A DNA stretch of 64,000 nt. It comes from an uncultured Ruminococcus sp. GTDB taxonomy: Bacteria; Bacillota; Clostridia; Oscillospirales; CAG-272. The position numbers and the translations under genes were made by a program. The stretch lies in contig CACYWW010000003.1 in the NCBI GenBank assembly GCA_902778145.1, positions 6,633-70,632 on the forward strand, given 5' to 3'. The notes beneath the pieces were generated by a model, which was not told where the DNA came from, did not search any database, and saw only the letters and a list, made by a program, of their open reading frames with translations. Positions within the stretch are counted from its first letter, which is position 1. Each line of letters begins with the position of its first letter. This document shows positions 1-9,641 of this stretch, one piece after another.

Positions 1-492
1 CTCGGACAGGATGTAGCAGTCGCCGCCCGCGGTCATATAGTATCTTCCGACGCCGTCCGTGACGGTTATTATAAGCTTGTCCGGTAATCTTTTTTCAATG
101 CTTATGCTGTCAAGCGACGGAAAAGACTCTCTGAGTCTGCTCTCAAGCCTTCCCTTTCCCGTCAGGAGCAGATTGGAATAGCGCGATAGTCCGAGCGACG
201 ATACGAGCTGTTCCTCCGAAAACTTTCCGGAGCCGGTCACCGTCACCTCGTCTATCCTGAAGAACAGGAGTATGACGACGGATACCACCATCAGGATCAC
301 CGCGGCGATCATGCACACCGCCACAGTCCGTCTTATAGCGATCTTCCTTGCCCTGCTCTCGCGGAATTCCTCGAGCATACGGTTGCTCTCCGTTCCGGGC
401 GTCAGGACGATCTCTTCCTTTTCGTCCCCGCTCTGTTTCCGTATGATCCTTCCGTCTTCGAATTCGAATCCGGAGCCCTTTCCGCTGTTCAT
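1..492 (-). CDS. Cell division protein FtsQ/DivIB-like (partial, 3' end beyond window edge)
   Basis: Hand translation from the ATG at 492: MNSGKGSGFEFEDG...RRTVAVCMIAAVILMVVSVVILLFF (single TM), then a POTRA-like IDEVTVTGSGKFSEEQL. ATGA overlap with the murG stop. Sits where ftsQ sits in dcw clusters. Absent from the ORF track because it runs off the edge. Confidence 0.6.
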   Translation of the reverse strand, partial: MNSGKGSGFEFEDGRIIRKQSGDEKEEIVLTPGTESNRMLEEFRESRARKIAIRRTVAVCMIAAVILMVVSVVILLFFRIDEVTVTGSGKFSEEQLVSSLGLSRYSNLLLTGKGRLESRLRESFPSLDSISIEKRLPDKLIITVTDGVGRYYMTAGGDCYILSE

Positions 493-1604
493 TTCCCGTC
501 CCCCGCGAGCTTCATCAGCTCCGCGTAGATCCGTTCGTTTGCGTCGGGAACGGAAAGAGCCGACACGTTTTTGCAGATCTGCGCTCTAAGCTGTCTGTCG
601 TCAAGCAGTCTGTTCACCGCCTCGTTCATCGTATCCGCGTTGAATTCCGCGTCGCGTATCAGAAGCGCCGCGTTCTTGTCGGCGAGCGCTTTTGCGTTCT
701 TATACTGCTGATCGTCCGTTACGTTCGGAGACGGAACGAATACAGCGGCGCGTCCGGCGTCCGCTATCTCGGACGTCGTCATGGCGCCGGAGCGGCAGAT
801 GATCACGTCGGCCGCCGCCTGACGGTCCGCCATGTCGTATATGTAATCGAGCAGGGTGACGTTCTCAAGATCCGCCGCCTCGCCGTATTTCGCCTTTACT
901 TCTTCGTAATTCGCGACGCCCGCCGCGTGCGTGAGACATACGTCGGAACGATCCTTCAGATACTTTTTCGCGTACTGTGCCGCCGCGTTGTTTATCGTGT
1001 CGGCACCGAGGGAGCCGCCGTAAACGAGGACGTTGTATCTGTACCCGTCAATACCGAGCTTCTTTTTCGCCTCCGCGGACGTCACGGCGCTTCCGCCGTG
1101 TCTGCCGGGATTGCCGACGCGTATGACCTTATGCCTGTATTTCGGCTTTATATATGACGCGGCTTCCTCGAAATTCGTGAATATGACGTCGATATACGGC
1201 GCAAGCATCCTCACGGCGAGCCCGGGGACCGCGTTCGACTCATGGACCGCGGACGGGATATGAAGCGCCGCCGCGGCGCGCAGGAGCGGATAGCTTACGT
1301 AACCGCCGGTCCCGACCACAAGATCGGGCTTATACTTTTTCAGAAGCTTCTTTGCGCGCGGGACGGACGTCAGAGTGAGATACGCCGTCTTTATATTCGA
1401 CAGAGAAAAGCTCCTCTTCAGACCTTGTATCTCTATATGCTCTATAGGGTATCCGGCGCGCGGGACGAGCCTGTTCTCCATCCCTTTTGACGTTCCGACG
1501 AATGTTATGTCGGCTGACGGATCGTGGTCCTTTATCGTATCGGCTATGGCGATCGCCGGGTTTATATGACCGCCCGTGCCGCCGCCTGTCATCATTACTT
1601 TCAT
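489..1604 (-). CDS. murG: UDP-GlcNAc:lipid I N-acetylglucosaminyltransferase MurG
   Basis: 371 aa. N-terminal GGTGGHINPAIA motif of the GT28 family. Lies directly after ftsW in the dcw cluster. Confidence 0.93.
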   Translation of the reverse strand: MKVMMTGGGTGGHINPAIAIADTIKDHDPSADITFVGTSKGMENRLVPRAGYPIEHIEIQGLKRSFSLSNIKTAYLTLTSVPRAKKLLKKYKPDLVVGTGGYVSYPLLRAAAALHIPSAVHESNAVPGLAVRMLAPYIDVIFTNFEEAASYIKPKYRHKVIRVGNPGRHGGSAVTSAEAKKKLGIDGYRYNVLVYGGSLGADTINNAAAQYAKKYLKDRSDVCLTHAAGVANYEEVKAKYGEAADLENVTLLDYIYDMADRQAAADVIICRSGAMTTSEIADAGRAAVFVPSPNVTDDQQYKNAKALADKNAALLIRDAEFNADTMNEAVNRLLDDRQLRAQICKNVSALSVPDANERIYAELMKLAGDGK

Positions 1605-1605
1605 A

Positions 1606-2877
1606 TCATTTACCTGTTTCTTTTCCGCGTGTGAATTTTGAAATACTCAAGAGTATGCCGCACTCAACAAGAAGGATTATAAGCGCCGTGCCTCCGTAGC
1701 TGATGAACGGCATCGATATGCCCGTCGGCGGGAACAGTCCCGTAACGACGAATATGTTCAGAAGCGCCTGAACGCCGACCTTGCACGTGATGCCGGCGGC
1801 AAGCAGCCTTGAGAAGCAGTCCGGCGCCTTTGACGCGATGACGAAGCCGCGCCAGACGAAAAGACCGAAGAGCACCAAAAGCCCGACGGCGCCGATGAAG
1901 CCGAACTCCTCGCAGACTATCGCAAATATGAAGTCGTTCTGAGGTTCGGGCAGATAAAGGTGTTTCAGCGTAGAATTGGTAAAGCCGACGCCGAACAGAC
2001 CGCCCGAGCCTATCGCGTTGAAGCCCTGTATGACCTGCCAGCCGCTGCCGAGCGGATCGTTATAGGGGTTCAGCCACGTGTCAAGACGCTCGCTCGTATA
2101 ATCGGTGAATATCGCCACGAACGCCGCGCCCGCGCCGCCCGCGCCGAGTATGCCGAGCAGCCACGGGAGCGATATGCGTCCCCACAGCATCACGATCCAT
2201 CCGATGAGGAAAAGGATTATCGTACCGGAAAGGTGGCGTTCTATCAGCGTTACGACGCAAACGACGCCGACGATCATGAACGGGACCGCGACCTCACGTA
2301 CGAACACGGGGAACCTGTCTCTCAGGCTCCGCTTGAAATAACTTTTGTTTTTCAGCGTTATGGTGCGGTCGTCAAGATCACGATAAGCGTCCACGTATTT
2401 CGAAATATACCACGCAAGCATCATAACGAGCGCGAGCTTCATTATATCCGTAGGCTGGAACGAGAAGATGCCGACGTCGATCCACCTTTTAGCGCCGTTG
2501 ACGCTCTTGCCTATCACGGGGACCGACGCGAGCAGAAGAAACGAAAAGGCAAAGAAAACGGGCGAGCCCCATTTCATATATACCTTGTAGTCGACGGACG
2601 ACGCGAGAAACATAGCGACAGCGCCGAGCGCGACGAATATGAGCTGACGGCGGACGTAATAGTAGCTGTTGCCGTAGTCGTGTTCCGCCCACGGATAGCT
2701 GGCGGAATACACCATCGCCGTGCCGAAGCCGATGAAGATAAGTATGATCACGAGCAGCGGTATGTCCGGCATGCCGCGGAGCCTGAATATGTTCCGCTCC
2801 CTGATCTGCTTTTTCGGCGCGGCGGCAACGGCGGTCTCCGCCTTTGCAAGCTGTCCCGTTTTTACTTTGTTATCCAT
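1606..2877 (-). CDS. ftsW: SEDS-family peptidoglycan polymerase FtsW/SpoVE
   Basis: 423 aa, polytopic. C-terminal SMPFISYGGTALI motif typical of the FtsW/RodA/SpoVE family. Lies between mraY and murG. Confidence 0.88.
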   Translation of the reverse strand: MDNKVKTGQLAKAETAVAAAPKKQIRERNIFRLRGMPDIPLLVIILIFIGFGTAMVYSASYPWAEHDYGNSYYYVRRQLIFVALGAVAMFLASSVDYKVYMKWGSPVFFAFSFLLLASVPVIGKSVNGAKRWIDVGIFSFQPTDIMKLALVMMLAWYISKYVDAYRDLDDRTITLKNKSYFKRSLRDRFPVFVREVAVPFMIVGVVCVVTLIERHLSGTIILFLIGWIVMLWGRISLPWLLGILGAGGAGAAFVAIFTDYTSERLDTWLNPYNDPLGSGWQVIQGFNAIGSGGLFGVGFTNSTLKHLYLPEPQNDFIFAIVCEEFGFIGAVGLLVLFGLFVWRGFVIASKAPDCFSRLLAAGITCKVGVQALLNIFVVTGLFPPTGISMPFISYGGTALIILLVECGILLSISKFTRGKETGK

Positions 2878-3888
2878 TTACATGATCCCTTTGAGTGAGA
2901 AGAACGCGACCGCGCACATGACCGCTGTAACGGCGCTGAACACGGAAACGATCTTTATCTCTGACCAGCCGCACATCTCGAAATGATGATGTATCGGCGC
3001 CATTTTGAATATGCGTTTACCGGTGAGCTTGAACGAGGCGACCTGAAGAATGACCGACGCCGTCTCGATGATATAGACGAGTCCGAAGAGGATGACCGTC
3101 AGAGGCGATCCGAGCATGAACGCGCCGCCCACGACGAGGCCTCCGAGGAAAAGCGACCCGGTGTCGCCCATGAATATCTTCGCGGGATAGAAATTATATA
3201 CGAGGAAGCCTCCGCACACGCCGGCAAGCGTGCCTCCGAGGAGCGCGAGATCCGCGCCGCCTAGCCTTGCCGTGAACGCCATGACAGAGAAGAAGACTCC
3301 GACGAGCAGCGTATTCGAAGCGGCGAGACCGTCGATACCGTCAGTGAGGTTCACGGCGTTCACGACGCCGGTGAGCAGCAGCACCGCGATCAGATAATAG
3401 AATATCCCGAGATCGGCGCTGATCTTCGTGAACGGGATATGCAGCGTCGTATCTATATTCCCGGTCAGTCTCATGCCGAGCAGGAACAGCACGGCGCATA
3501 CGAACTGAAGCGCGTATTTCTGCGGTGCGGTAAGACCTTCATTCTGCTTTTTGAGAAGCTTTACCCTGTCGTCGATTATACCGGTAAGACCGTTGAGCAT
3601 CGCGTAGCCGAAAACGAGTGCGACGCGCGACGAGACCGAACGGAGCGACGGCGAGATGAGACCGGCGACGAGAGCAAAAACGGTCACGAGGACGAGCGTT
3701 ATGATCATTGCTATGCCGCCCATCGTCGGAGTGCCCTCTTTGCCCTTATGCCAGCGGGGACCTATGTCAAGTATTTTCTGACCCATTTTCAGGCTTTTGA
3801 GCTTCGGGATCAGGTACCGCGTGATGAGCGCGCATGATATAAACGACAGTACGAAAGATATAAGTAAGATCAACAGCTCCGTGTTCAT
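2878..3888 (-). CDS. mraY: Phospho-N-acetylmuramoyl-pentapeptide transferase MraY
   Basis: 336 aa, polytopic. Motifs NAVNLTDGIDGLA, MGDTGSL and PIHHHFE. ATGA overlap with the murF stop. Confidence 0.95.
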   Translation of the reverse strand: MNTELLILLISFVLSFISCALITRYLIPKLKSLKMGQKILDIGPRWHKGKEGTPTMGGIAMIITLVLVTVFALVAGLISPSLRSVSSRVALVFGYAMLNGLTGIIDDRVKLLKKQNEGLTAPQKYALQFVCAVLFLLGMRLTGNIDTTLHIPFTKISADLGIFYYLIAVLLLTGVVNAVNLTDGIDGLAASNTLLVGVFFSVMAFTARLGGADLALLGGTLAGVCGGFLVYNFYPAKIFMGDTGSLFLGGLVVGGAFMLGSPLTVILFGLVYIIETASVILQVASFKLTGKRIFKMAPIHHHFEMCGWSEIKIVSVFSAVTAVMCAVAFFSLKGIM

Positions 3889-5312
3889 GTGTTCTTCTCC
3901 TCAATGATCTTTTCAAAAGCCTCAACGGCGCCCTCAAGTCCGACGGATCTGCTCGCCTTGAACATTATCACGTCCCCCGGCAGACACCTCTCGAGTATCG
4001 AACGCGCGACGTCGCAGAACGGCGTCCCGTCGTCGAAGCAGACCATCCTGTCCTCATCCATGCCTTTTACAAGTGCGCCCGCGGCGTATTCCTTCGCCGC
4101 CTCGCCGTATGTGTAAAGATAGTCGATACCCATCTCTCCGGCTGCGCAGCCCACCTCGCGGTGCAGCGCGGAGGAGCCGTCTCCGAGCTCCAGCATCTGT
4201 CCGAGGACCGCGTGCGTTCTGCCGCCGCTTTCGTTTCCGAGCATCATGAGCGCGGAAAGCGACGCCCTCATCGATTCGGGCGCGGCGTTATAGCAGTCGC
4301 AGAGTATCGTAAAATCGCCTTTTTTATAAACCTTCTGGCGCATTCCGGTGTTTTCGAATGACGATATGCCCGCTTTGATCAGTTCGTCGCTCATGCCGGA
4401 AACCGTGCCGCAGATATAAGCCGCGGCGGCATTGTACACGTTGTGCATGCCGATCGTCGGCGCGGTGATATCGCGGCAGACGGCGCCGTCCGGACGCCTC
4501 AGATCGAATCTGAGCGTACCGTGCGGGAACGACGGATCCTGTATCACATAGTCAGCCTCGCCGTTTATGAAGGCATAGTACAAAACGTTGTATTTTTCAC
4601 GGAGAGCGTCGCGTACGCCCCAGAGCATGCGGTCGTCGCCGTTCAGCACGAGCGTGGAGCCCGGCGCCATGCCCGCTGTTATCTCGAGCTTTGCGCGGAG
4701 GATGTTTTCCCTGCTCCCCAGGATCTCCATGTGTGACGTCCCTATGTTCGTTATGACGCCGACCGACGGCTTCGCGATCTGCGACATAACCTCTATTTCG
4801 TGAAGTCCGCTCATCCCCATTTCGAGCACGAGCGCCTCAGTATCCTCCCTGACGTCGAGAACCGTCAGCGGCAGGCCTATGATGCTGTTGTAATTGCCGA
4901 TCGTCTTCTGCGTGCGGAAACCCTTCGATATGACGGAATACACGAATTCCTTCGTCGTCGTCTTACCGACGGATCCGGTCACGGCGAACACCTTCGGCGA
5001 CGTGCGGGAAAGGAATTTTTCCGCCATGGTCTGAAGCGCTTTGAGCGCGTCTTCGACTATCACCGCGCTGCCGTATTCCGGCTCACGCTCGCAGAGCACG
5101 CACGACGCGCCGTTATCGATCGCCGATTCGAGATATTTGTTTCCGTCCGTGTTCTCGCCCTTGAGAGCGACAAACATCGATCCCGGGGTCGCCTTTCTCG
5201 AGTCGACCGTAAAGGAGCTGATCTCAGCCCCCGGATCGCCCTTGAGTCTGCCTCCGCAAAGCTCCGCCGCTTCCGCCGCTGTCATTATCGTCATAGTCCT
5301 GTCCTCCGTCAT
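3885..5312 (-). CDS. murF: UDP-MurNAc-tripeptide:D-Ala-D-Ala ligase MurF
   Basis: 475 aa. Mur-ligase P-loop VTGSVGKTTTKE and N-terminal FTVDSRK. The start is uncertain: in-frame ATGs at 5312, 5294 and 5285 all lie inside the 3' end of murE. Confidence 0.9.
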   Translation of the reverse strand: MTEDRTMTIMTAAEAAELCGGRLKGDPGAEISSFTVDSRKATPGSMFVALKGENTDGNKYLESAIDNGASCVLCEREPEYGSAVIVEDALKALQTMAEKFLSRTSPKVFAVTGSVGKTTTKEFVYSVISKGFRTQKTIGNYNSIIGLPLTVLDVREDTEALVLEMGMSGLHEIEVMSQIAKPSVGVITNIGTSHMEILGSRENILRAKLEITAGMAPGSTLVLNGDDRMLWGVRDALREKYNVLYYAFINGEADYVIQDPSFPHGTLRFDLRRPDGAVCRDITAPTIGMHNVYNAAAAYICGTVSGMSDELIKAGISSFENTGMRQKVYKKGDFTILCDCYNAAPESMRASLSALMMLGNESGGRTHAVLGQMLELGDGSSALHREVGCAAGEMGIDYLYTYGEAAKEYAAGALVKGMDEDRMVCFDDGTPFCDVARSILERCLPGDVIMFKASRSVGLEGAVEAFEKIIEEKNT

Positions 5313-6717
5313 TGAATTCCCGTATTATCGAAGCCTCTGAAAAATACCGGCTTCCGTTTCTGTTTATTTCATAATCCTCGTGTCCCTTGCCCGCAAGCAG
5401 GATCACGTCGTGCCCGGATGAGAGTCCGAGCGCGTATAGAATCGCTTCTCTTCTGTCGTATATGACTTTATAAGACGACGTCTTATCCACTCCGCGCAGG
5501 ATATCCCCGATTATCGACTCCGGATCCTCGCTTCTGCTGTTGTCACATGTTATGACAGTCAGGTCGGCGAGACGGGATGAGACGCCGCCCATCAGATGCC
5601 TTTTGTTTCTGTCCCTGTCTCCGCCGCAGCCGAAAACACAGATCAGTCTTCCGCGGCAGAGCTGCCTCGCCGCGGCAAGTGCGTTTTCAAGCGCGTCGGG
5701 CGTATGCGCATAATCGATTATCGCCGTCGCGCCGTTTTTGAGCCCGTACCGTGTGAAGCGCCCTTCGGCTCCCTTGAAGTCGGATAACGCGCGGGCGGCG
5801 TCCTCCGCGTCAAATCCCAGAAGCTCCGAGAGCGAAAGCGCGGTCAGAGCGTTATACACGTTGAATTTACCGCATATCGGAACACGGCAATGCGCCGCGC
5901 CGTATCCCCGGTAGTCAAAAGATATCCCTCTGTCCGAAAGCTCCGTGATCCGCGCGGTAAAATCACCGCCGTCAAGCGAAAAATGCAGACAGTCGAGCGT
6001 CCTCGCGTACACGTCGTCGCCGTTTGAGACGAAGCTTTTACAAAGCGGCACAAGCTTCTTTTTCGCGTCGAAATACGCGTCCATCGTTTTATGGTAGTCG
6101 AGGTGATCCTCGGTCAGATTCGTCAGCGCCCCCGCCTCGAACCGGCACGGGGAGAGCTTGCGAAGCTCCAGCGCGTGCGACGAGGCTTCCGTCACGGCGT
6201 ACCGTGCGCCGGCGTCCGCCGCCTCTGCGAGGTATCCGTAAAACACCGCGGGGTCCGGCGTCGTCATGGACGACGGATAAACGTTTGTCCCTATCCTGTT
6301 TTTCACGCCGCCTATCAGCGCGCACGAGCCCTTGCCTTCAATATGCTCGATCACATGATAAAGCATCGACGTAACTGTCGTCTTGCCGTTCGTTCCCGTC
6401 ACAGCCGAAAGGCGGAGCCTCCTCTGCGGGTCTCCCCTCAGCGCCGACGACGCGAAGGCGTACGCCTCATGAGCGTTGCCGACAAGAACGTACGGACATC
6501 CGATATCGGGCTTTCTGTCACAGATCACCGCGGCGCATCCGCGCGCCAGGGCGTCTTTTATATGATCCATCCCGTCCTGCCGCTCACCCTTAAGGGCGGC
6601 GAAAACGGTGTTTTTACCGGCTTTTTCGGAATTATTTACAACATCCTTTACATCGAGCCCGACGGGTGCGTGGTATTCAAGCACCGCCGCGCCTGAAAGA
6701 ATATCGCATAATCTCAA
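5224..6717 (-). CDS. murE: UDP-MurNAc-L-Ala-D-Glu:diamino-acid ligase MurE
   Basis: 497 aa. P-loop VTGTNGKTT. Has a DNSRSEDP motif where, from memory, DAP-type enzymes have DNPR. TTG start at 6717 with a GAGGTG SD 4-5 nt upstream. The Gly/Arg-rich C-terminal tail overlaps murF. Confidence 0.9.
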   Translation of the reverse strand: MRLCDILSGAAVLEYHAPVGLDVKDVVNNSEKAGKNTVFAALKGERQDGMDHIKDALARGCAAVICDRKPDIGCPYVLVGNAHEAYAFASSALRGDPQRRLRLSAVTGTNGKTTVTSMLYHVIEHIEGKGSCALIGGVKNRIGTNVYPSSMTTPDPAVFYGYLAEAADAGARYAVTEASSHALELRKLSPCRFEAGALTNLTEDHLDYHKTMDAYFDAKKKLVPLCKSFVSNGDDVYARTLDCLHFSLDGGDFTARITELSDRGISFDYRGYGAAHCRVPICGKFNVYNALTALSLSELLGFDAEDAARALSDFKGAEGRFTRYGLKNGATAIIDYAHTPDALENALAAARQLCRGRLICVFGCGGDRDRNKRHLMGGVSSRLADLTVITCDNSRSEDPESIIGDILRGVDKTSSYKVIYDRREAILYALGLSSGHDVILLAGKGHEDYEINRNGSRYFSEASIIREFNDGGQDYDDNDSGGSGGALRRQTQGRSGG

Positions 6718-6726
6718 TAAGTCACC

Positions 6727-8979
6727 TCATTCGGAGAGCAATGAATGATCATCGGATTCGGAGATCCTGAATTCGACCGTTACGACGGTCCCTTCCTTGA
6801 CGTTCATACCGGCCTCCGGATACTGTTTGACGGCGTAGCAGGACGCGCTTGCCGAAACAGTGCCGCTGAGATTTGCGTTGAGTCCCCTGCCCGAAAGCAG
6901 TTCTCTGCATTCCTCCGCTCCCTTGCCCGCGAGATCGGGTACGGTGACGGTCTTTTCGTTATTATCATCTGTTGCGTAAAGCAGGACCTTGCCGCCGCTC
7001 ACCGTCATTTCGGTACCTGGCGCGGGCATCTGCGAAAGCACTGTTGAGCCTTCTCCCAGCACCTCGACCGACAGTCCGAGCTTCTTTATCGCGGCCTTCG
7101 CCGTGTCGATATCCTGTCCGGCGTAGGTGCCGACAGATACGGTCCTGTATTTTTCATCGTCCGCGGAATACTCCGGCAGATAGCCGAGATACGGAAGCAC
7201 TTCAGCCATTATCTTGCTGTTATACGGCGCGGCGATCATAGAGCCTTCTTCTCTTGAAAGCGTAGGTTCGTCTACGATCACGATCATCGATACCGCGGCG
7301 TCGTCCGCCGGGGCGATCGATATGCAGGACGCGACGCGGAGCGAAAATCCGCCGTCCTTGTCCTTTTTGTCTCTTTTTTCACTCGTGCCGGTCTTTGCCG
7401 CGACCTTATAGCCTTTGACGCCGGCGTTCGACGAACCGCGTTTTTCCGCGACGCCTTCCTCGAGCACACTCATGACCTCGTTCGCTATCTGTGATGATAT
7501 GACCTGTCTTTTCACGTTCGTTTCATAGTCGACTATAACGTTGCCGTTGTCGTCCTCTATGCGTTTGACAAGGTGCGGTGTTACGAGATTGCCGTCGTTC
7601 GCGAGGCTTGAAACAGCGGTGAGCTGCTGTATAGCCGTCGTCTTGAAGGTCTGACCGAACGAATACACGGCGAGCTCGACGTTATTGAAATCGCGCCTTG
7701 CGTGGAAAATGCCCGCCGCCTCGCCCGGGAGGTCAATCCCCGTGAGTCCGGTATAACCGAACGCTTCGAAGTAGTCGTAAAATCTTTCGTCGCCGATCTT
7801 CTCCGCGGTCATCATCATGACCGGGTTGCATGACTGCTGAAGTCCGAGATCGAGAGTGAGCGCGCCGTGTCCCTCCGTCTTGTGGCAGTGTACGCGCCCG
7901 TATCCCGCGACAAGATGATAACCGGGGCAGTAGAACGACGTCCCGTGTGAGACGAGCGCCTCCTCGAGCGCGGTTGCGACGGTGAGCGGTTTGAACGTGG
8001 AGCCCGGCTCATACGTGTCGTTTATCGCCTTGTTCTTCCACATCGTCATGAGGAGCTCGGTGTTGTACTTCATGTACTCCTCGCTCCCGGGATCGTATCC
8101 GCTTTTATCGAGCAGCGCCTGAGACTTTTCGTCAAGAACGTACGGTTCATTGCAGTTGAAATCCGGTTTTGTCGCCATGGCAAGGATACCGCCCGTGGCG
8201 GGATCCATGATTATGCCGGTCACGCGGTTGTCCGCGCCGGATTCCTCAAGACATTCCTCAAGATATTTTTCAAGTATGGACTGTATCGTCTGGTCGATCG
8301 TCAGAACGAGCTTATAACCGTTCTGAGGCTCGATATACTGTTCGTAGTCGTACGGCATATCCTGCCCCAAGCCGTTCTTCGCCGTGATGATCTTTCCGTC
8401 GACGCCCGTCAGATACTCGTTGTACTGATATTCTATACCGTAAAGCCCCTGGTTGTCACTTCCGACGAAGCCGAGAACGTGAGAAAGAAGGTTTGAGAAC
8501 GGATAATAACGCGTCGTTGACGTCACAAGGTGTACGGATCTCAGGTTATATTTCGCGACAAACGCGCGGACCAGATCCGCCTCCTGCCGCTCGACATTTT
8601 TCTTTATCGTCTCGTCCTTGCGCTTTTTGAGCAGTGTTTTTTGATACACCGTCTCGTAATCGACGTCAAGTATGCGCGACAGATTGTCCGCGACGAGCCG
8701 TCTCTCCGCGTCGCTCTCCATATCGGCGGGCGATATGAAAACGCGCTCCACCGTCCTGTTGTCCGCAAGGACGACGCCGTTCGCGTCCACGATAAGTCCG
8801 CGTGACGCTTTTATTCCGGTCTCGGAGGAGATGGCGCCCGATGTGTCGTTCTTGAATTTGCTGTAGCTGACTATCTGAAGATAGAAAAGTCTGCCCACCG
8901 CGATCACGGCGACAAGCGCGAAGGCGGCGACCGTCAGGATCTCCCGCATATGTATTTTTCTCGGTTTTATCGACGCCAT
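6727..8979 (-). CDS. Class B penicillin-binding protein (FtsI/SpoVD/PBP2B-like) with two C-terminal PASTA domains
   Basis: Motifs STFK, SCN and KTGTS, plus two roughly 60-aa PASTA-like repeats at the C-terminus. The ORF-track start at 9000 is a TTG without an SD. The ATG at 8979 (MASIKPRK...) has a GAGGAAAGG SD about 10 nt upstream. Confidence 0.9.
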   Translation of the reverse strand: MASIKPRKIHMREILTVAAFALVAVIAVGRLFYLQIVSYSKFKNDTSGAISSETGIKASRGLIVDANGVVLADNRTVERVFISPADMESDAERRLVADNLSRILDVDYETVYQKTLLKKRKDETIKKNVERQEADLVRAFVAKYNLRSVHLVTSTTRYYPFSNLLSHVLGFVGSDNQGLYGIEYQYNEYLTGVDGKIITAKNGLGQDMPYDYEQYIEPQNGYKLVLTIDQTIQSILEKYLEECLEESGADNRVTGIIMDPATGGILAMATKPDFNCNEPYVLDEKSQALLDKSGYDPGSEEYMKYNTELLMTMWKNKAINDTYEPGSTFKPLTVATALEEALVSHGTSFYCPGYHLVAGYGRVHCHKTEGHGALTLDLGLQQSCNPVMMMTAEKIGDERFYDYFEAFGYTGLTGIDLPGEAAGIFHARRDFNNVELAVYSFGQTFKTTAIQQLTAVSSLANDGNLVTPHLVKRIEDDNGNVIVDYETNVKRQVISSQIANEVMSVLEEGVAEKRGSSNAGVKGYKVAAKTGTSEKRDKKDKDGGFSLRVASCISIAPADDAAVSMIVIVDEPTLSREEGSMIAAPYNSKIMAEVLPYLGYLPEYSADDEKYRTVSVGTYAGQDIDTAKAAIKKLGLSVEVLGEGSTVLSQMPAPGTEMTVSGGKVLLYATDDNNEKTVTVPDLAGKGAEECRELLSGRGLNANLSGTVSASASCYAVKQYPEAGMNVKEGTVVTVEFRISESDDHSLLSE

Positions 8980-9011
8980 ACCGAACAAGCCTTTCCTCAA
9001 CTAATCAAACA

Positions 9012-9039
9012 GGGTCCGCCGCCATACGGCGGCTGACCC
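9012..9039 (-). terminator. GC-rich hairpin (possible attenuator or RNA-stability element) between ftsL and the PBP gene
   Basis: gggtc-cgccgcc-atac-ggcggc-t-gaccc forms an 11-bp stem with one mismatch. On the transcribed strand it is followed by a U-poor tail (UGUUUGAUU). Confidence 0.35.
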
Positions 9040-9100
9040 GTGCGCAGCCTCTGTCGCAAGCCGAACACAAACCAACACTTTGGCTTATTATATTCAGCTT

Positions 9101-9631
9101 TTATCTCATGTATTCTATGAATGAATTTATACTGTCGCCGAACGCCGAGAGCAGCGCCGCAAAGCCGAACGTTGTTTCCTTCTCTTCCTCCGCCACGACG
9201 GTTATCCTGTCCTCCGACTCTACGATTATGTAGTGAGAGGGGAGATATTCGGAGCGGACCATGCCCATTTCCTCCGCGCTCTTGCGGATGAGGGTTATAT
9301 CCTTTTTCTCAAAGATGTCGGCTTTCGCCTCCGCCGTCTTCTCCCTGATGTCCGCAAGCTGAGTGTTGAGCGCTGAGATCTCGTTGTTGACCTCGTTCAC
9401 GCGGACGCTCAGGAACGTAATGAATATCGCGGCAAAGGTGAATATGCATATCATGAACAGAAGACCGTACGGAACGCTTTTGCGGACAGTCTGTTCTCTT
9501 GTGAAGACGCTTGAAACTATGCGCGTCTTCGGCAGGGTGCGGATATCCGTCTCGTTTGCCCTTGCCCTTATTTCCCTTTTCTCGGCCGCTGCGACCTGTT
9601 TTTTTGTGTATTTTACAACAGCGTTATTCAT
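9101..9631 (-). CDS. ftsL: FtsL-like cell division protein (single TM plus coiled coil)
   Basis: 176 aa. TM segment LLFMICIFTFAAIFITFLSV followed by a heptad-like NEVNNEISALNTQLADIREKTAEAK. AGAGGTG SD. Lies between rsmH and the PBP gene. Confidence 0.7.
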   Translation of the reverse strand: MNNAVVKYTKKQVAAAEKREIRARANETDIRTLPKTRIVSSVFTREQTVRKSVPYGLLFMICIFTFAAIFITFLSVRVNEVNNEISALNTQLADIREKTAEAKADIFEKKDITLIRKSAEEMGMVRSEYLPSHYIIVESEDRITVVAEEEKETTFGFAALLSAFGDSINSFIEYMR

Positions 9632-9641
9632 TCAGCACCTC

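Noticed and set aside
272-589. 105-aa plus-strand ORF across the ftsQ/murG junction
   Set aside because: It is antisense to two well-supported, overlapping dcw genes. Its composition is Ser/Arg/Leu-rich, as is typical of antisense frames in GC-rich DNA, and it has no SD.
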